The notes: generated by a model not told the origin, from the sequence alone. A stretch of DNA of 64,000 nt from Candidatus Izemoplasmatales bacterium (GCA_050949045.1 JBMNEZ010000001.1:768001-832000), one strand, 5' to 3'. Shown: positions 1 through 10,368, counted from the stretch's first letter. Translations and numbers: made by a program.

Positions 1-812
1 TTATATACCGCATAACCTTCTCCTAAATCAATAAATGCATAATCTTGTGCTATTTCCTCACCAGATCTAAATACTGCAGTATATTCAATATTATCATAAA
101 CTGTATTTGGCACAGGAGACCATTCTTTAAAATAGTAATCACCTGGTCTTGTTGGAAGTTTGCCATCATATGATGGCATTACTCCAAAAGGAACATTAGT
201 ATCTTTTTCTAATATTGTACCGTCATAATTTTTCCATATTACTGTATATTTATTAGGGTCTTGAGTTAAATCCTTAAATTTAACTGTTACTATATGATCT
301 TTAGAAACTACTAACTCATAAGTTTCATCCCCATCTAAGTCAATAACTTTATTATCTACTTTAAACTCATCAACTTCCTTTCCATCTGGAATATCAATAA
401 AAATATTTACTGTCATACCTTTTTCAATATTAAGTAAAGGATCATCTGAAGTTAAATGTTCGCCTAGTGTAACACTAAACTTATCTTTCTGTGTCTCTTG
501 AATATTTTTAAATTTGATTGAAATTTTTAACCCTTCTTCAATCTTAACCGTAAACTTATTATCAACAACAATTGATGTTTTATCAATTCCATTAATTGTA
601 AGTTTATCTAATTCCTTTCCTACTTCTGGCGTAATTAAAAACTCAACATTTTTGTTTATTTCTAATTTTTCAGGATCTAATTTTTCATCAGCAAGTGATA
701 TTCCTTCTGGTAAATCTAAATTAATTGTTGTTTTTAGTTCTTTGCCGTTACAACCAGTCAAAAAAATTAGCATTACAAAAAAAACAGGAAAAAACACTAT
801 TATTTTTTTCAT
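1..812 (-). CDS. Surface lipoprotein with repeat/Ig-like modules (3' end runs off window)
   Basis: Manual translation from ATG at 812: MKKIIVFFPVFFVMLIFLTGCNGKE... Signal peptide plus LTGC lipobox, GGAGG RBS upstream, and a YTVIWKNYDGT...YFKEWSP...YTAVF motif typical of InlB B-like repeats. Not in ORF track because it is open at the window edge. Confidence 0.75.
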   Translation of the reverse strand, partial: MKKIIVFFPVFFVMLIFLTGCNGKELKTTINLDLPEGISLADEKLDPEKLEINKNVEFLITPEVGKELDKLTINGIDKTSIVVDNKFTVKIEEGLKISIKFKNIQETQKDKFSVTLGEHLTSDDPLLNIEKGMTVNIFIDIPDGKEVDEFKVDNKVIDLDGDETYELVVSKDHIVTVKFKDLTQDPNKYTVIWKNYDGTILEKDTNVPFGVMPSYDGKLPTRPGDYYFKEWSPVPNTVYDNIEYTAVFRSGEEIAQDYAFIDLGEGYAVY

Positions 813-1403
813 AAATTTTCCTCCATAAAATTTGTATCATTTTTGTATACTCTATACAATAAATTTTAGTAAAAACAAAAACACTTTTTTCTGTTTTTTA
901 CTTTAATTAAATTTTCAATGAAAGGTAAAATTATTAAATATAATTCCCACTTAATTATAAGCCAATCTATTATCTTATTATCGTCTTTATTATATTATAT
1001 AATAGAAAAATCAGTAAAATCAATGTTTTATTTGACGTTATTTAGTTTATCTATATGCGTGTACATCTCATTTCATAATCTATTATACACGCACGAATTA
1101 TTAATCATCGCCTTCAACACGTTTTTTGACAATTTTTATTTTATCGTTTACGCTATTATTAGAAGAAGGGTTAAGAGATATGTACTCCATTTATGGGCGG
1201 TCTACACCTTCTTCTTTTATTATCTCTAATGATTGAATATAAAATATACTTGTATTTTCTTATGAAACATAGGTTATATTTTGGATATTTATTTTTTATC
1301 AATTCCGGGTTTTTCAAAAGTTTTATTACCTGTTTTGCAAATTTGTTAATTGCCCATATCAGAATATCTCAACTTATATTAGATTTTTATAGTCCTTTTT
1401 ATA

Positions 1404-1428
1404 AAAAAATAGCTCAAATGAGCTATTT
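1404..1428 (-). terminator. Intrinsic terminator downstream of abiEii
   Basis: Minus strand reads AAATAGCTC-ATTT-GAGCTATTT followed by a T-run. Confidence 0.6.
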
Positions 1429-1467
1429 ACTAATCAAAATTTTAAATGGCACCTTATTATACATAAA
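1427..1467 (-). repeat. Cassette-boundary motif TTTATGT-N7-GGTGCCAT-N7-TTTGATTAGTAA (copy 1)
   Basis: 32/41 identical by manual alignment to 16793-16833 (+). Confidence 0.7.
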
Positions 1468-1471
1468 CTAC

Positions 1472-1498
1472 TTAGAGTTCAAATCCTATTATTGGAGC
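1472..1498. repeat. att-like direct repeat of tRNA-Gly 3' end and flank
   Basis: TTAGAGTTCAAATCCTATTATTGGAGC vs TTAGAGTTCAACTCTTGTCATTGGAGC at 5399-5425 (23/27). Confidence 0.75.
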
Positions 1499-1504
1499 TT
1501 TATA

Positions 1505-2287
1505 TTAAATTAGTTGAAATACTTCAAGTAAGCAATCACAAGCCTTTTTATAAGTTATCTTAACATCTAATTTTGACTTTGTAATAAACTTATTAAATTG
1601 AAGTTCCATTAATCCTGAATTAATTATTTTATCTAATTGAGATTTAATATATTCCTTATGAAGTAAATCTTTATTAATTTCTTTATGATTAATAAGTATA
1701 TAAATATCATAAAAGTCTTTCATTCTTGAATTATTTATATTTTTATCGATTATACTTTGAAATTTCTCTGCTAGGATAGTTTCTTTATTGTAGCTATAAA
1801 TCTCTATTTTTTCTTCCGTAATATTTGTAGTGTAAGTTGTTTTTATTGGGTTTGGGGTAATAACATCCCCACAAACAATATCAACCCCAAATGTCTTTTT
1901 GATATTTCCAGTTGTTGCATTAAGTCTTACTCTAAAACCATTTTTTCCACAATCATCTTCTGTAATAGGAGAAATATCTAAAAAATCATAATCAATATCA
2001 TCATTAACTTTTACATTAATTATATTTATCATTTTATTTTTAATTTCTTCCTCATTGATATCTGCTGAGCGATAACTGAAATCTAAATCGAGTGTTGTTC
2101 TGTTTTTAACACCTACAATGTTTTCCAATAAGAATCCACCTTTTAAAATAAAATTCATTTTTTCTTCGCTTTTAGAAAGTCTAATCAAGAAATGGTCAAA
2201 AAAATATTTATCCCACATTTCTTGAACCTTTAAATTATTCTCGTTAGCTTTAGATTTAATTTTACTTTTAAGTTTATCTATATTCAT
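1505..2287 (-). CDS. abiEii: Type IV TA toxin, AbiEii/AbiGii-family nucleotidyltransferase
   Basis: LKGG...RTTLDLD nucleotidyltransferase motif, AEKFQSI, SRMKDFYDIY; directly follows antitoxin. Confidence 0.9.
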   Translation of the reverse strand: MNIDKLKSKIKSKANENNLKVQEMWDKYFFDHFLIRLSKSEEKMNFILKGGFLLENIVGVKNRTTLDLDFSYRSADINEEEIKNKMINIINVKVNDDIDYDFLDISPITEDDCGKNGFRVRLNATTGNIKKTFGVDIVCGDVITPNPIKTTYTTNITEEKIEIYSYNKETILAEKFQSIIDKNINNSRMKDFYDIYILINHKEINKDLLHKEYIKSQLDKIINSGLMELQFNKFITKSKLDVKITYKKACDCLLEVFQLI

Positions 2288-2865
2288 TATCTTATCTCCA
2301 GTAAATATCTAATTTTCTCATATACATCAAGTGTAATTGAATATTCATATAGTTTTTCATAATTTATACCTATTTCTTTGGCAGTCTTTACTGCAAAGTT
2401 TAATTCTTCATTATCTAAACTCTCATATTTAAAAATATCGCAAAGCACTCTTTCTTTATCATATGTAGGAACATAATTACCAAATTCAGTTTTTATAAAT
2501 GTTTTCCCCGTATTATAATACTCATCATTAACCCTTTTTACTTTAATAGAATCAATTCTATGAGTATTATAATTTGATGGAACATTGGCTTCTATTTCCT
2601 TTAATGACTTATTAGACATTTTATTTAAAACTAGAGCTGTGTTACCTGAATAAACAATTTTTGAGTATCTTAAACAATTAATAAATAGATCATCTTCAAA
2701 AACATTAGGAAGTGCATATATCCCTCTTGATACTCTCACAATACTATTATCATTTATCATTCTAGTTAAATATATCGTTGGAATTCCTAACTCTTTAGTT
2801 ATTTTATTAGTAATATATCCTTTATTATTATTCATATATTCAATTATCTTATCTTCATAATTCAT
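2287..2865 (-). CDS. abiEi: Type IV TA antitoxin AbiEi (wHTH N-terminus)
   Basis: N-terminal wHTH ending RVSRGIY, C-terminal YDKERVLCDI. Start moved to ATG 2865 (AAGAAGGTG RBS). Confidence 0.88.
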   Translation of the reverse strand: MNYEDKIIEYMNNNKGYITNKITKELGIPTIYLTRMINDNSIVRVSRGIYALPNVFEDDLFINCLRYSKIVYSGNTALVLNKMSNKSLKEIEANVPSNYNTHRIDSIKVKRVNDEYYNTGKTFIKTEFGNYVPTYDKERVLCDIFKYESLDNEELNFAVKTAKEIGINYEKLYEYSITLDVYEKIRYLLEIR

Positions 2866-2879
2866 AAAAACACCTTCTT

Positions 2880-2930
2880 TTGTTGCCTTTGTGCCTTTAT
2901 TATAACGCATATTAGGCACACAAGCAACAA
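2880..2930. promoter_or_regulatory. Inverted repeat operator upstream of abiEi
   Basis: TTGTTGCCTTTGTGCCT-N17-AGGCACACAAGCAACAA (15/17 arms), with a minus-strand TATAAT in the spacer. Confidence 0.65.
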
Positions 2931-2956
2931 TATATTTTATAATATTTAATGAATAT

Positions 2957-3309
2957 TTATACCTTACAAGCTGACATTATCTTTAAATGATTTGACCAGT
3001 TCAATTGCGTCAACAGTGTTGTCACTTTTTTATTGTCTTTATAAAGTTCATAAAATTGTTTCATTCTATAAAGACCACGTCTAGTGAATCCTTTTAAATT
3101 TGGGTGTTTTTCCTTAAAAAATCTACAAGTTTTTGGATAAAAGAATCACCATATTCCGAATTACTAGATTGAATGCTGATATATTTTCCAATATCACGAT
3201 ACATAAGTATTAATTCTTCATTTACTTTATGAAATGCACGAGCTTTTGCTGACTCAATAATATCTATAACTTTTTTAAAATGCTCTTCATATTGTAATAA
3301 TTCAGCCAT
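2957..3309 (-). pseudogene. Truncated, frameshifted DUF1016/YhcG-family N-terminal fragment
   Basis: VNEELILMYRDIGKYI...YGDSFIQKL, then in another frame KGFTRRGLYRMKQFY...QLNWSNH; stops before the nuclease domain. Confidence 0.8.
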
Positions 3310-3776
3310 ATTGATTTTATATACTAGAATAACTAGTATATTCCTCCCTACAGTAAATATTACAAATAATTTTAATTTTTACTTTAATATATTTGTTTGA
3401 AAAGAAATTTTTTAAACTGAAATGGTTCATACTCCCATAAAAATTTAAAAACCAATCAATTCGGATTCTTGTTACAAAGAATAAAATCATATGGTCTTAT
3501 TGCATAAAAAAACTGCTATAAGCTATTATTTTAATTTATAACAGTTTGTATATTAATTAGTCTATTTAGCTTTATAAAGCCATTTTTATCATAAAACTAA
3601 TTTAACATTTCGTTGGAGCCGTATTATCGCTTAAAGGAGCCATTTCTAATGCCTATAAAACGATAACTGCTATATAAATCCATCAAAGGTAAAATAGAGT
3701 GCTTTTTATATACTTTAAAAGGGAAAGTTGATACAACCAAAGGTATATTCACAAAAATACTGTAATTGATACTTCT

Positions 3777-3826
3777 AAAGGAAAACAAGGGAAAATCAAG
3801 CACTTTTAAGACACTTGTTTTCCTTT
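3777..3826. repeat. Stem-loop containing a copy of the cassette-end motif
   Basis: AAAGGAAAACAAG-N24-CTTGTTTTCCTTT, perfect 13-bp arms. Minus strand GTGCTTGATTTTCCCTTGTTTTCC resembles 14445 and 29394. Confidence 0.6.
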
Positions 3827-3875
3827 TTTAAGTTCATGCCTTATTGAGCGGTTCAATGTTTACATAAATTACTTT

Positions 3876-5238
3876 TTACTTTAAAACGATCCATTTCCCA
3901 TCTTTAGAACTTCCTTCATATCTTATAACATTACTTTCGGTTAGTTTTTTTAAATCTCTTTCTATTGTGCTTATGGAAACTCTTGTTTTAATAGCAAAGT
4001 CTTTAGATGTACTTTGAGGATTTTCAATAATAGTCTTAATTATGATTTCATATCTTTCGTGCAGTTTTAGTCTCAACTCTTTGATTTGACCTTCATTTTG
4101 ACCATCACTTTGACCCTCATTTTGACCCTCATATACGATATGCATTTCCTGAGCGTCATCATAATTTCTATTATAAAGTGTAACAATAACTCCATTATCT
4201 GAAATACTAAAATGTGGTTGTTTATGAAAGCCAATATAATCTTCAAATATTCTTCTTACTCCTGTTGAGTAGTTTTCAATATAGTCAGCTTTATCTAATG
4301 CATTTACAATAATAGGATTTCTTTTAGCTGACATCCCTTCTTTAATATTTTCTAATGTAAGTCCATCAGGAAGACTTCCAGGTGAAAATATTAAAACTCT
4401 ATCATCATAAAATTCTATTTTAATATCTCCACTTAAAGTCCAATCTCTGTGGCAATAGCAATTAACTATTGCTTCTCTTAATGCTCTTTTAGGATAATCT
4501 AAGTATTCATCTCTTTGTGGTTTACCAGTAATCACTACTTTTTTTCTATTAGATAAATTAGCGAAATATAAAACATCATCTAATTGTTTTATGATTGAAC
4601 CGCTAAATTCTTTTTTATCTAAAAAAGTCGTTACTGTTAATCCTTGAAATACGGCAAATTTAGTAATGGTTGGATTTTGATCACTTAAATATAATGCTGC
4701 ATTATTAAACTCTTTATTAGGAGTGTATAACCCTAATCCATACAAATCAAAGTTTAATCCCTTTTCTTTAAATATATTGGTTGCATAAGTAAAGGTTAAA
4801 TCTTGATTTAGTGACACTAATCTTTCAAACTTATGAGCTCTTGATTTATATATTAACCGTTGAACTTCTTCAAAACTAGCTAATCTTTTAGTGCTACCTA
4901 CTCTTATATAAACACCTTTAGAATTAAAACCCTCGCCATCTTTATAAAAATATGGTTTATCAGTTCCACTTTTAACTTCTATTCTAAAAGGTTTTTCATT
5001 TTGATAAATATTAATTAAGTGATTAACATTTGGTTCAAAAGTATTACTTATCCAATTTGATAATATTTCTTCCCATTCTTTATAATACTTAACCTTATCT
5101 TCTAGTAATTTGCCATTATCATCAGCACCTAAAAGAATAGTTCCACCATCACTATTTAGAAAAGAAACTATTTCGGCTTTTAAATCTTTAGTTTTTTTTA
5201 GGTATTTCTCTTTTATACTCGATTCTTTTATCTTCCAT
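3876..5238 (-). pseudogene. AlbA_2(Schlafen-like)-HATPase_c_4-HTH protein (RecG-C-like family), frameshifted near start
   Basis: True start MEDKRIEYKREIPKK (ATG 5238) goes out of frame at an A8 tract. Body has SFLNSDGGTILLGADD, ALREAIVNCYCHRDW, SPGSLP, STGVRRI and a C-terminal HTH (STIERDLKKL...GKW). Confidence 0.8.
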
Positions 5239-5355
5239 ACAAACCACAACCTTTATTGCTTTATTTACTTTTTATACCATGTGACTATTTATTTTACTTT
5301 ATAAGCCTTATTTTGAACTATAAATAAATTCTTATAACAGTTGAATAAACAAAGT

Positions 5356-5380
5356 AAAAAGACGCCCTAATAAAGGCGTC
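5356..5380 (-). terminator. Intrinsic terminator downstream of tRNA-Gly
   Basis: Minus strand GACGCC-TTTATTAG-GGCGTC-TTTTT. Confidence 0.6.
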
Positions 5381-5419
5381 AATAAAAATTATAACTCATT
5401 AGAGTTCAACTCTTGTCAT

Positions 5420-5493
5420 TGGAGCAAGCGAGGGGAATCGAACCCCCATTATCTGCATGGCAAGCAGACGTTTTACCATTAAACTACACCTGC
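5420..5493 (-). tRNA. tRNA-Gly(GCC)
   Basis: Cloverleaf GCAGGTG...TCTGC-TTGCCAT-GCAGA...GGTTCGATTCC...CTCCA. Confidence 0.95.
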
Positions 5494-5798
5494 ATCGACT
5501 TAGCATTATATATTGTATATGAAGTTTGGCTTTTTTTCAACCTTTTTTCTCTGAATCGGAAAAAGTTCTTTCTAAAAGAAAAAGGCTACGGACAAATGTG
5601 ATAGAATATAAATATATAGCAGGTAGGATCAATAAACGAAGTTTAGATCAAATCCCTTCTTCGAGGTAGAAAAAAGCAAGCAAAATTGACAAGAATAGGT
5701 GGAAAGTTATACCGTTTTTGTTCAACCCGACATCCAATAGCATTCATATCGTATCATAAAACGGAGATAGATAACTAAATAAATGAGGGCAGTGTATC

Positions 5799-7238
5799 AT
5801 GAAACAAGCATTTAACCCGTTTTTACCAAGTTATGAATATATACCTGACGGTGAACCGCGGCTTTTTGGAGAACGCGTATATTTGTACGGAAGCCATGAC
5901 CGTTTCAACGGCAACCGTTTCTGTATGAATGATTATGTCTGCTGGAGCGCGCCTAAAAACGACCTTTCCGATTGGCGTTATGAAGGCGTTATTTGGAGAC
6001 GCTCAGATGATCCTAAGAGCAAGGGCAAGGGCGAAGGCATGCCCGCTCCGGATTGTATACAAGGGCCCGATGGCAGGTATTACCTATATTACTTTGTAAG
6101 CCTTCCTTCTTATATCGGGGTAGCGGTATGCAACGAGCCTTCGGGACAATTCAAATTTCATGGTTATGTCCAGTATCCCGACGGCCAGCTTTTGGGTTAT
6201 AAAAAAGGGGATACTTGTCAGTTCGATCCCGGTGTCTATGTAGAAGGCAGCGATGTTTATCTTTATACCGGATTGTGTCCCGCAAAGCATCACTTTCATC
6301 TCACTTTGCGGCCGAAATTGAAAATCAATAAAACCGGGGCCACTGTAGCCCTGCTTGAGCCGGATATGATTACAATAAAACAGCCGCCAAAAACCATCGT
6401 TCCCGGAATACGCAATTGCAAGGGTACGGAATTTGAAAAGCATCCGTTTTTTGAAGCTTCTTCAATGCGAAAAATTCACGACAAATACTATTTTATCTAT
6501 TCATCATACCTCGGCCATGAACTTTGTTATGCTGTGTCAAATACCCCAAACGGCAATTTCAGGTTTGGCGGCACTCTCGTATCAATAGGAGATATCGGAT
6601 TAAGAAATCATACTTGTCCTAAAAACGCAGCCAATTTTACCGGCAATACGCATGGTTCGATTTTACAGCTTGATGACAAGTTTTTTGTCTTTTACCACCG
6701 GCAGACAAACAGGTCTCAATTTTCCAGACAGGCATGTGCGGAAAAGCTGTATTTAGACAAACACGGCCACTTTAGTCAAGCGGAAATAACATCATGTGGG
6801 CTTAATGATGGTCCTCTGGCCGGACGAGGCACATATGAAGCAAGGATTGCTTGCAATCTTATGTCTGCACGGGGAAACCGCTTTTATTTGCTCTTTCGAA
6901 AAATTCATCTGTTTGAACCCTATTTTACACAAACAGGCAAAGACCGCAACGAAAATCCCGATCAATATATAGCGAATATCCGAAATGGATGTGTTATAGG
7001 CTTTAAATACTTTGAATTTAAAAAGGCAAAAGAAATAAATGTTGAAATTCAAGGTTCATGTAGGGGAAACCTGATAATAAGCGATGAGGAAAAAACAGTC
7101 GCTCAAATAAGTGTTTCACCCTCAAAAGCCTATACTTCTTACAATGCCAGCTTAAATATTTCGGATGGCGTGCATCCCTTGTATTTTAAATATAAAGGAA
7201 AAGGCTATTTCAATTTTAAAACCTTTTCTCTTAATTAA
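5799..7238 (+). CDS. Glycoside hydrolase family 43 with C-terminal CBM6-like domain
   Basis: PDGEPRLFGERVYLYGSHD, APDC, FDPGV, FFEASSMRK, GNTHGS, FYHR; C-terminal GFKYFEF...GVHPLYFKYKG. Confidence 0.9.
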   Translation: MKQAFNPFLPSYEYIPDGEPRLFGERVYLYGSHDRFNGNRFCMNDYVCWSAPKNDLSDWRYEGVIWRRSDDPKSKGKGEGMPAPDCIQGPDGRYYLYYFVSLPSYIGVAVCNEPSGQFKFHGYVQYPDGQLLGYKKGDTCQFDPGVYVEGSDVYLYTGLCPAKHHFHLTLRPKLKINKTGATVALLEPDMITIKQPPKTIVPGIRNCKGTEFEKHPFFEASSMRKIHDKYYFIYSSYLGHELCYAVSNTPNGNFRFGGTLVSIGDIGLRNHTCPKNAANFTGNTHGSILQLDDKFFVFYHRQTNRSQFSRQACAEKLYLDKHGHFSQAEITSCGLNDGPLAGRGTYEARIACNLMSARGNRFYLLFRKIHLFEPYFTQTGKDRNENPDQYIANIRNGCVIGFKYFEFKKAKEINVEIQGSCRGNLIISDEEKTVAQISVSPSKAYTSYNASLNISDGVHPLYFKYKGKGYFNFKTFSLN

Positions 7239-7507
7239 TCATTATATTTATAACAATTCTTCTCATTTTTTTAATAGGTATAATGAAAGATAGTTAACAT
7301 CGTTAGACTAAAATCAATAACCCTTTTTAAGGTAACAGTTATATCGTAAAAATTTTATGTTAGTTTTAACTAGCTTAGATTGGTAAACGCCTTAGTGAGG
7401 CGTTTTCATTTGAAAAAGATGAAATTCAGATACCTCATTTTGATATATAAAAAAGAGTGTACATTTGCTTGGACATCGGAAGGACATTTGCCTGGGCATT
7501 GCGGGTT

Positions 7508-8000
7508 TGTCAAACATCGTAAACAATATTTAGATATCGAGTTCCCCTTTGATATACTTATCTATGTATTCTATTGGCAATTGCCAACCAAGAGGTCTTA
7601 TTAGGAAAGTTATTACAATCTCTTATATATGTAGTAAGAGATTTAGTTAAATCTTTTTCGTTAACATATGTTTTTAGTATAAAAATTATTATTATCTTTC
7701 CTATGTGGCCTTTCTGCTTTCTTATTATGCCAAGGGGTATAAGGCTTAATTAGTTTATGTGTGATGGATAACTTTTTAAGTTCTAATTCAAATAAACTTT
7801 GTTTGTCTGAGATGAAGCGATTGGTAAATTTCATTCCATTGTCTGCCTGAATACATTTAATGTCAAACGGAAACTTGCGGATACAATATCTCAAGAATTG
7901 AATACAAGTATAACTAGATTTTTATTTATAAATTTTTAAAACTCAATATCTTGAAAATTCATCAATCGCCGTATATTGATAATATTTATAATTATTCTCT
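7508..8000 (-). pseudogene. Degenerate DDE (rve integrase-core, IS481-like) transposase fragment
   Basis: YQYTAIDEFSR...IQADNGMKFT...KPYTPWHNKKAERPHRKDN with stops; boundaries approximate. Confidence 0.7.
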
Positions 8001-8183
8001 TATCTTTGTGTCTACTTTATTGTATACCATTCAAAGTTTAATAATGTGTAGAACTTTGAATTATTTTTATTACAAAAATTAGAAATTTGTCTTTTAACCC
8101 TAACATTAGTAAACTTTTTATAAATTAATATGATAAAATGACTATAGAATATATAATAGAAACTTGAAAGAAAGAGTGAAAAA

Positions 8184-10067
8184 ATGATAGTTTATTCTGG
8201 AAATATAAATAAATTTAATAAAGATGTAGATGCTGGATTAATTGCTAACAAAATTCAACAAGAACTGGAACGACTAGGTATTAATCATAGTAATGAATCC
8301 GAGTATAGGTCTTGGGATAATTCCTTATTTTATATGAGCAATATTTTATACAAATCTAACATTGATAAAGATGTTCATATTGCGATTGAATATAAAATTC
8401 CAACAACATCAAAAAGAGTTGATTTTTTAATAAGCGGCAAAGATGAAAATGATAAATCCAACTTAGTTATAGTTGAATTGAAACAATGGGAGAAAGCGAA
8501 AAGAACTGACAAAGAAGATTTAGTCCAGACTTATATTGGTGGCGGCAATAGACTTGTTACCCATCCATCATATCAAGCTTATTCGTATGCTAAAACGATT
8601 GAAAATTTTAGTGAATATGTTCAAGATGAAAAGATAAATATATATCCTTGCTCATATCTACATAATTATAATGAAAGCGAAAGGGGAGAGCTTGAAAATC
8701 CATTATATGATAAAATTGTTAGAATTTCTCCTCTGTTTTTAAAAAATGATGCTCAAAAATTAAGAAATTTTATTGAGAGATATATTAAAAAATCAGATCA
8801 GGGGAAGCTTCTATACGAAATTGATTATGGGAAAATAAGACCTTCTAAAGCTTTGCAAGACACACTTTCTTCAATGTTAGATGGCAATGAAGAATATTAC
8901 ATGTTGGATGAACAAAAGGTAGTCTATTCATCAATTAAAAGAATTGTTGAAGAATCAAAACATAGCGAAGAAAAGCATACAATTATTGTTCAAGGGGGGC
9001 CTGGAACAGGTAAGAGTGTGTTAGCAATAAACTTACTAGTAGATTTCAAACATTTAGTCACATCATACGTTACAAAAAATGCTGCTCCAAGGAATGTATA
9101 TTTTGAAAAATTAAAAAGAGGGCGCTATAGATATCAATATGTTAAAACATTATTTAGATCTTCAAGCAGTTTTATAAATTCAAAAAATAATGATTTTGAT
9201 TGTCTTTTAATAGATGAAGCTCATCGATTAAATGAAAAGTCTGGATTATTTGGAAATATTGGAGAAAATCAAATTAAGGAATTAATCAAATCGTCTAAAG
9301 TTAGTGTATTTTTTATAGACGAAGATCAAAGGGTGACATTAAAAGATATTGGCTCTGTTGATGCAATAAAAAAATACGCAAAAAAATTAGGCTCGACAAT
9401 ACATATGGGAGAAGATTTTATTTTAACATCACAATATAGATGTAATGGAAGCGAAGGATATATTGCTTTTATAGATGATTTATTAGGGCTTAGAGAAACT
9501 GCGAATAAAGATTATTTTGACTTAGATTATGACATAAAAAATTATGACGATTTAGTTTTAATGAGAGAAGATTTGAGAAAGAAAAATTATAATAATAAAG
9601 CAAGAATGTTAGCGGGATATTGCTATGATTGGATTACCAAAAAGAATCCAAAAGATGATAAGTATGATATCGTAATTAATGATTTCAAAGCAAAATGGAA
9701 TTTCGATAATACAAACACTTGGGCAATTGATAAAACATCATTTAACCAAGTTGGCTGTATTCATACATCACAAGGTTTAGAGTTTGATTATGTTGGAGTT
9801 ATTATTGGTAATGACTTAAGATATGAAAATAAAAGAGTAATAACCGACTATACTAAAAGATCGAAAAATGATGCTAGTTTAAAAGGAGTACACAAAAACA
9901 ATAGATATAATGATGCTGATATGATCATTAGAAATACCTATAAAACATTGTTAACAAGAGGACAAAAAGGTTGTTATATATATTGTGAGGATAAAAAATT
10001 AAGCGAATACATTAAAAAAAGAATAAGAATAGTAGATGAGGCGAGAAAAAATGAAAGAAATTATTAA
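8184..10067 (+). CDS. DUF2075-family helicase-like ATPase with N-terminal PD-(D/E)xK nuclease-like domain
   Basis: KRVDFL...IVELKQW; Walker A GGPGTGKS; IDEAHRL; SQYRC; GCIHTSQGLEFDYVGV; LLTRGQKG. Confidence 0.88.
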   Translation: MIVYSGNINKFNKDVDAGLIANKIQQELERLGINHSNESEYRSWDNSLFYMSNILYKSNIDKDVHIAIEYKIPTTSKRVDFLISGKDENDKSNLVIVELKQWEKAKRTDKEDLVQTYIGGGNRLVTHPSYQAYSYAKTIENFSEYVQDEKINIYPCSYLHNYNESERGELENPLYDKIVRISPLFLKNDAQKLRNFIERYIKKSDQGKLLYEIDYGKIRPSKALQDTLSSMLDGNEEYYMLDEQKVVYSSIKRIVEESKHSEEKHTIIVQGGPGTGKSVLAINLLVDFKHLVTSYVTKNAAPRNVYFEKLKRGRYRYQYVKTLFRSSSSFINSKNNDFDCLLIDEAHRLNEKSGLFGNIGENQIKELIKSSKVSVFFIDEDQRVTLKDIGSVDAIKKYAKKLGSTIHMGEDFILTSQYRCNGSEGYIAFIDDLLGLRETANKDYFDLDYDIKNYDDLVLMREDLRKKNYNNKARMLAGYCYDWITKKNPKDDKYDIVINDFKAKWNFDNTNTWAIDKTSFNQVGCIHTSQGLEFDYVGVIIGNDLRYENKRVITDYTKRSKNDASLKGVHKNNRYNDADMIIRNTYKTLLTRGQKGCYIYCEDKKLSEYIKKRIRIVDEARKNERNY

Positions 10068-10368
10068 GAAACTTTTGAAATTTAGAAACGAGAGAGATTG
10101 GGAACAATTTCATACACCTGAGAATTTATCAAAATCAATTGTTATAGAAGCTGCTGAATTATTAGAAAATTTTCAATGGAATAATGAATGCAAAAATACT
10201 GAAAACATTAAAGAGGAATTGGCTGATATTATGATTTATTGTTTGTTGCTTTGTGAAAAAATGGATTTTAATGTTGAAAAAGTAATAAATGATAAAATTA
10301 ATTTAAATAATCTAAAATATCCAGTAAATAAGGCTAAAGGTAATGCTAAAAAATACAGTGAATTATGA
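10051..10368 (+). CDS. MazG-like nucleotide pyrophosphohydrolase
   Basis: FRNERDWEQFHTPENLSKSIVIEAAELLE...EELADIMIY...KYP; overlaps DUF2075 gene end. Confidence 0.92.
   Translation: MKEIIKKLLKFRNERDWEQFHTPENLSKSIVIEAAELLENFQWNNECKNTENIKEELADIMIYCLLLCEKMDFNVEKVINDKINLNNLKYPVNKAKGNAKKYSEL

Noticed and set aside
514..1513. Plus-strand ORFs 514-828, 918-1229, 1193-1513
   Set aside because: Antisense shadow of the lipoprotein or low-complexity AT-rich ORFs with no recognisable motifs
3856..3884. TTATGTAAAC resembling the XerD arm of a Bacillota dif site (minus strand)
   Set aside because: No matching XerC arm at 6-bp spacing; AT-rich chance match likely
4083..4131. 12-bp tandem repeats encoding EGQN/DGQN
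   Set aside because: Short linker repeats before the HTH are common in this protein family
7371..7410. TTAGATTGGTAA plus hairpin as possible far-left att of the tRNA-Ala island
   Set aside because: Only 10/12 match to part of the motif and lacks GGTGCCAT; insufficient to fix the boundary
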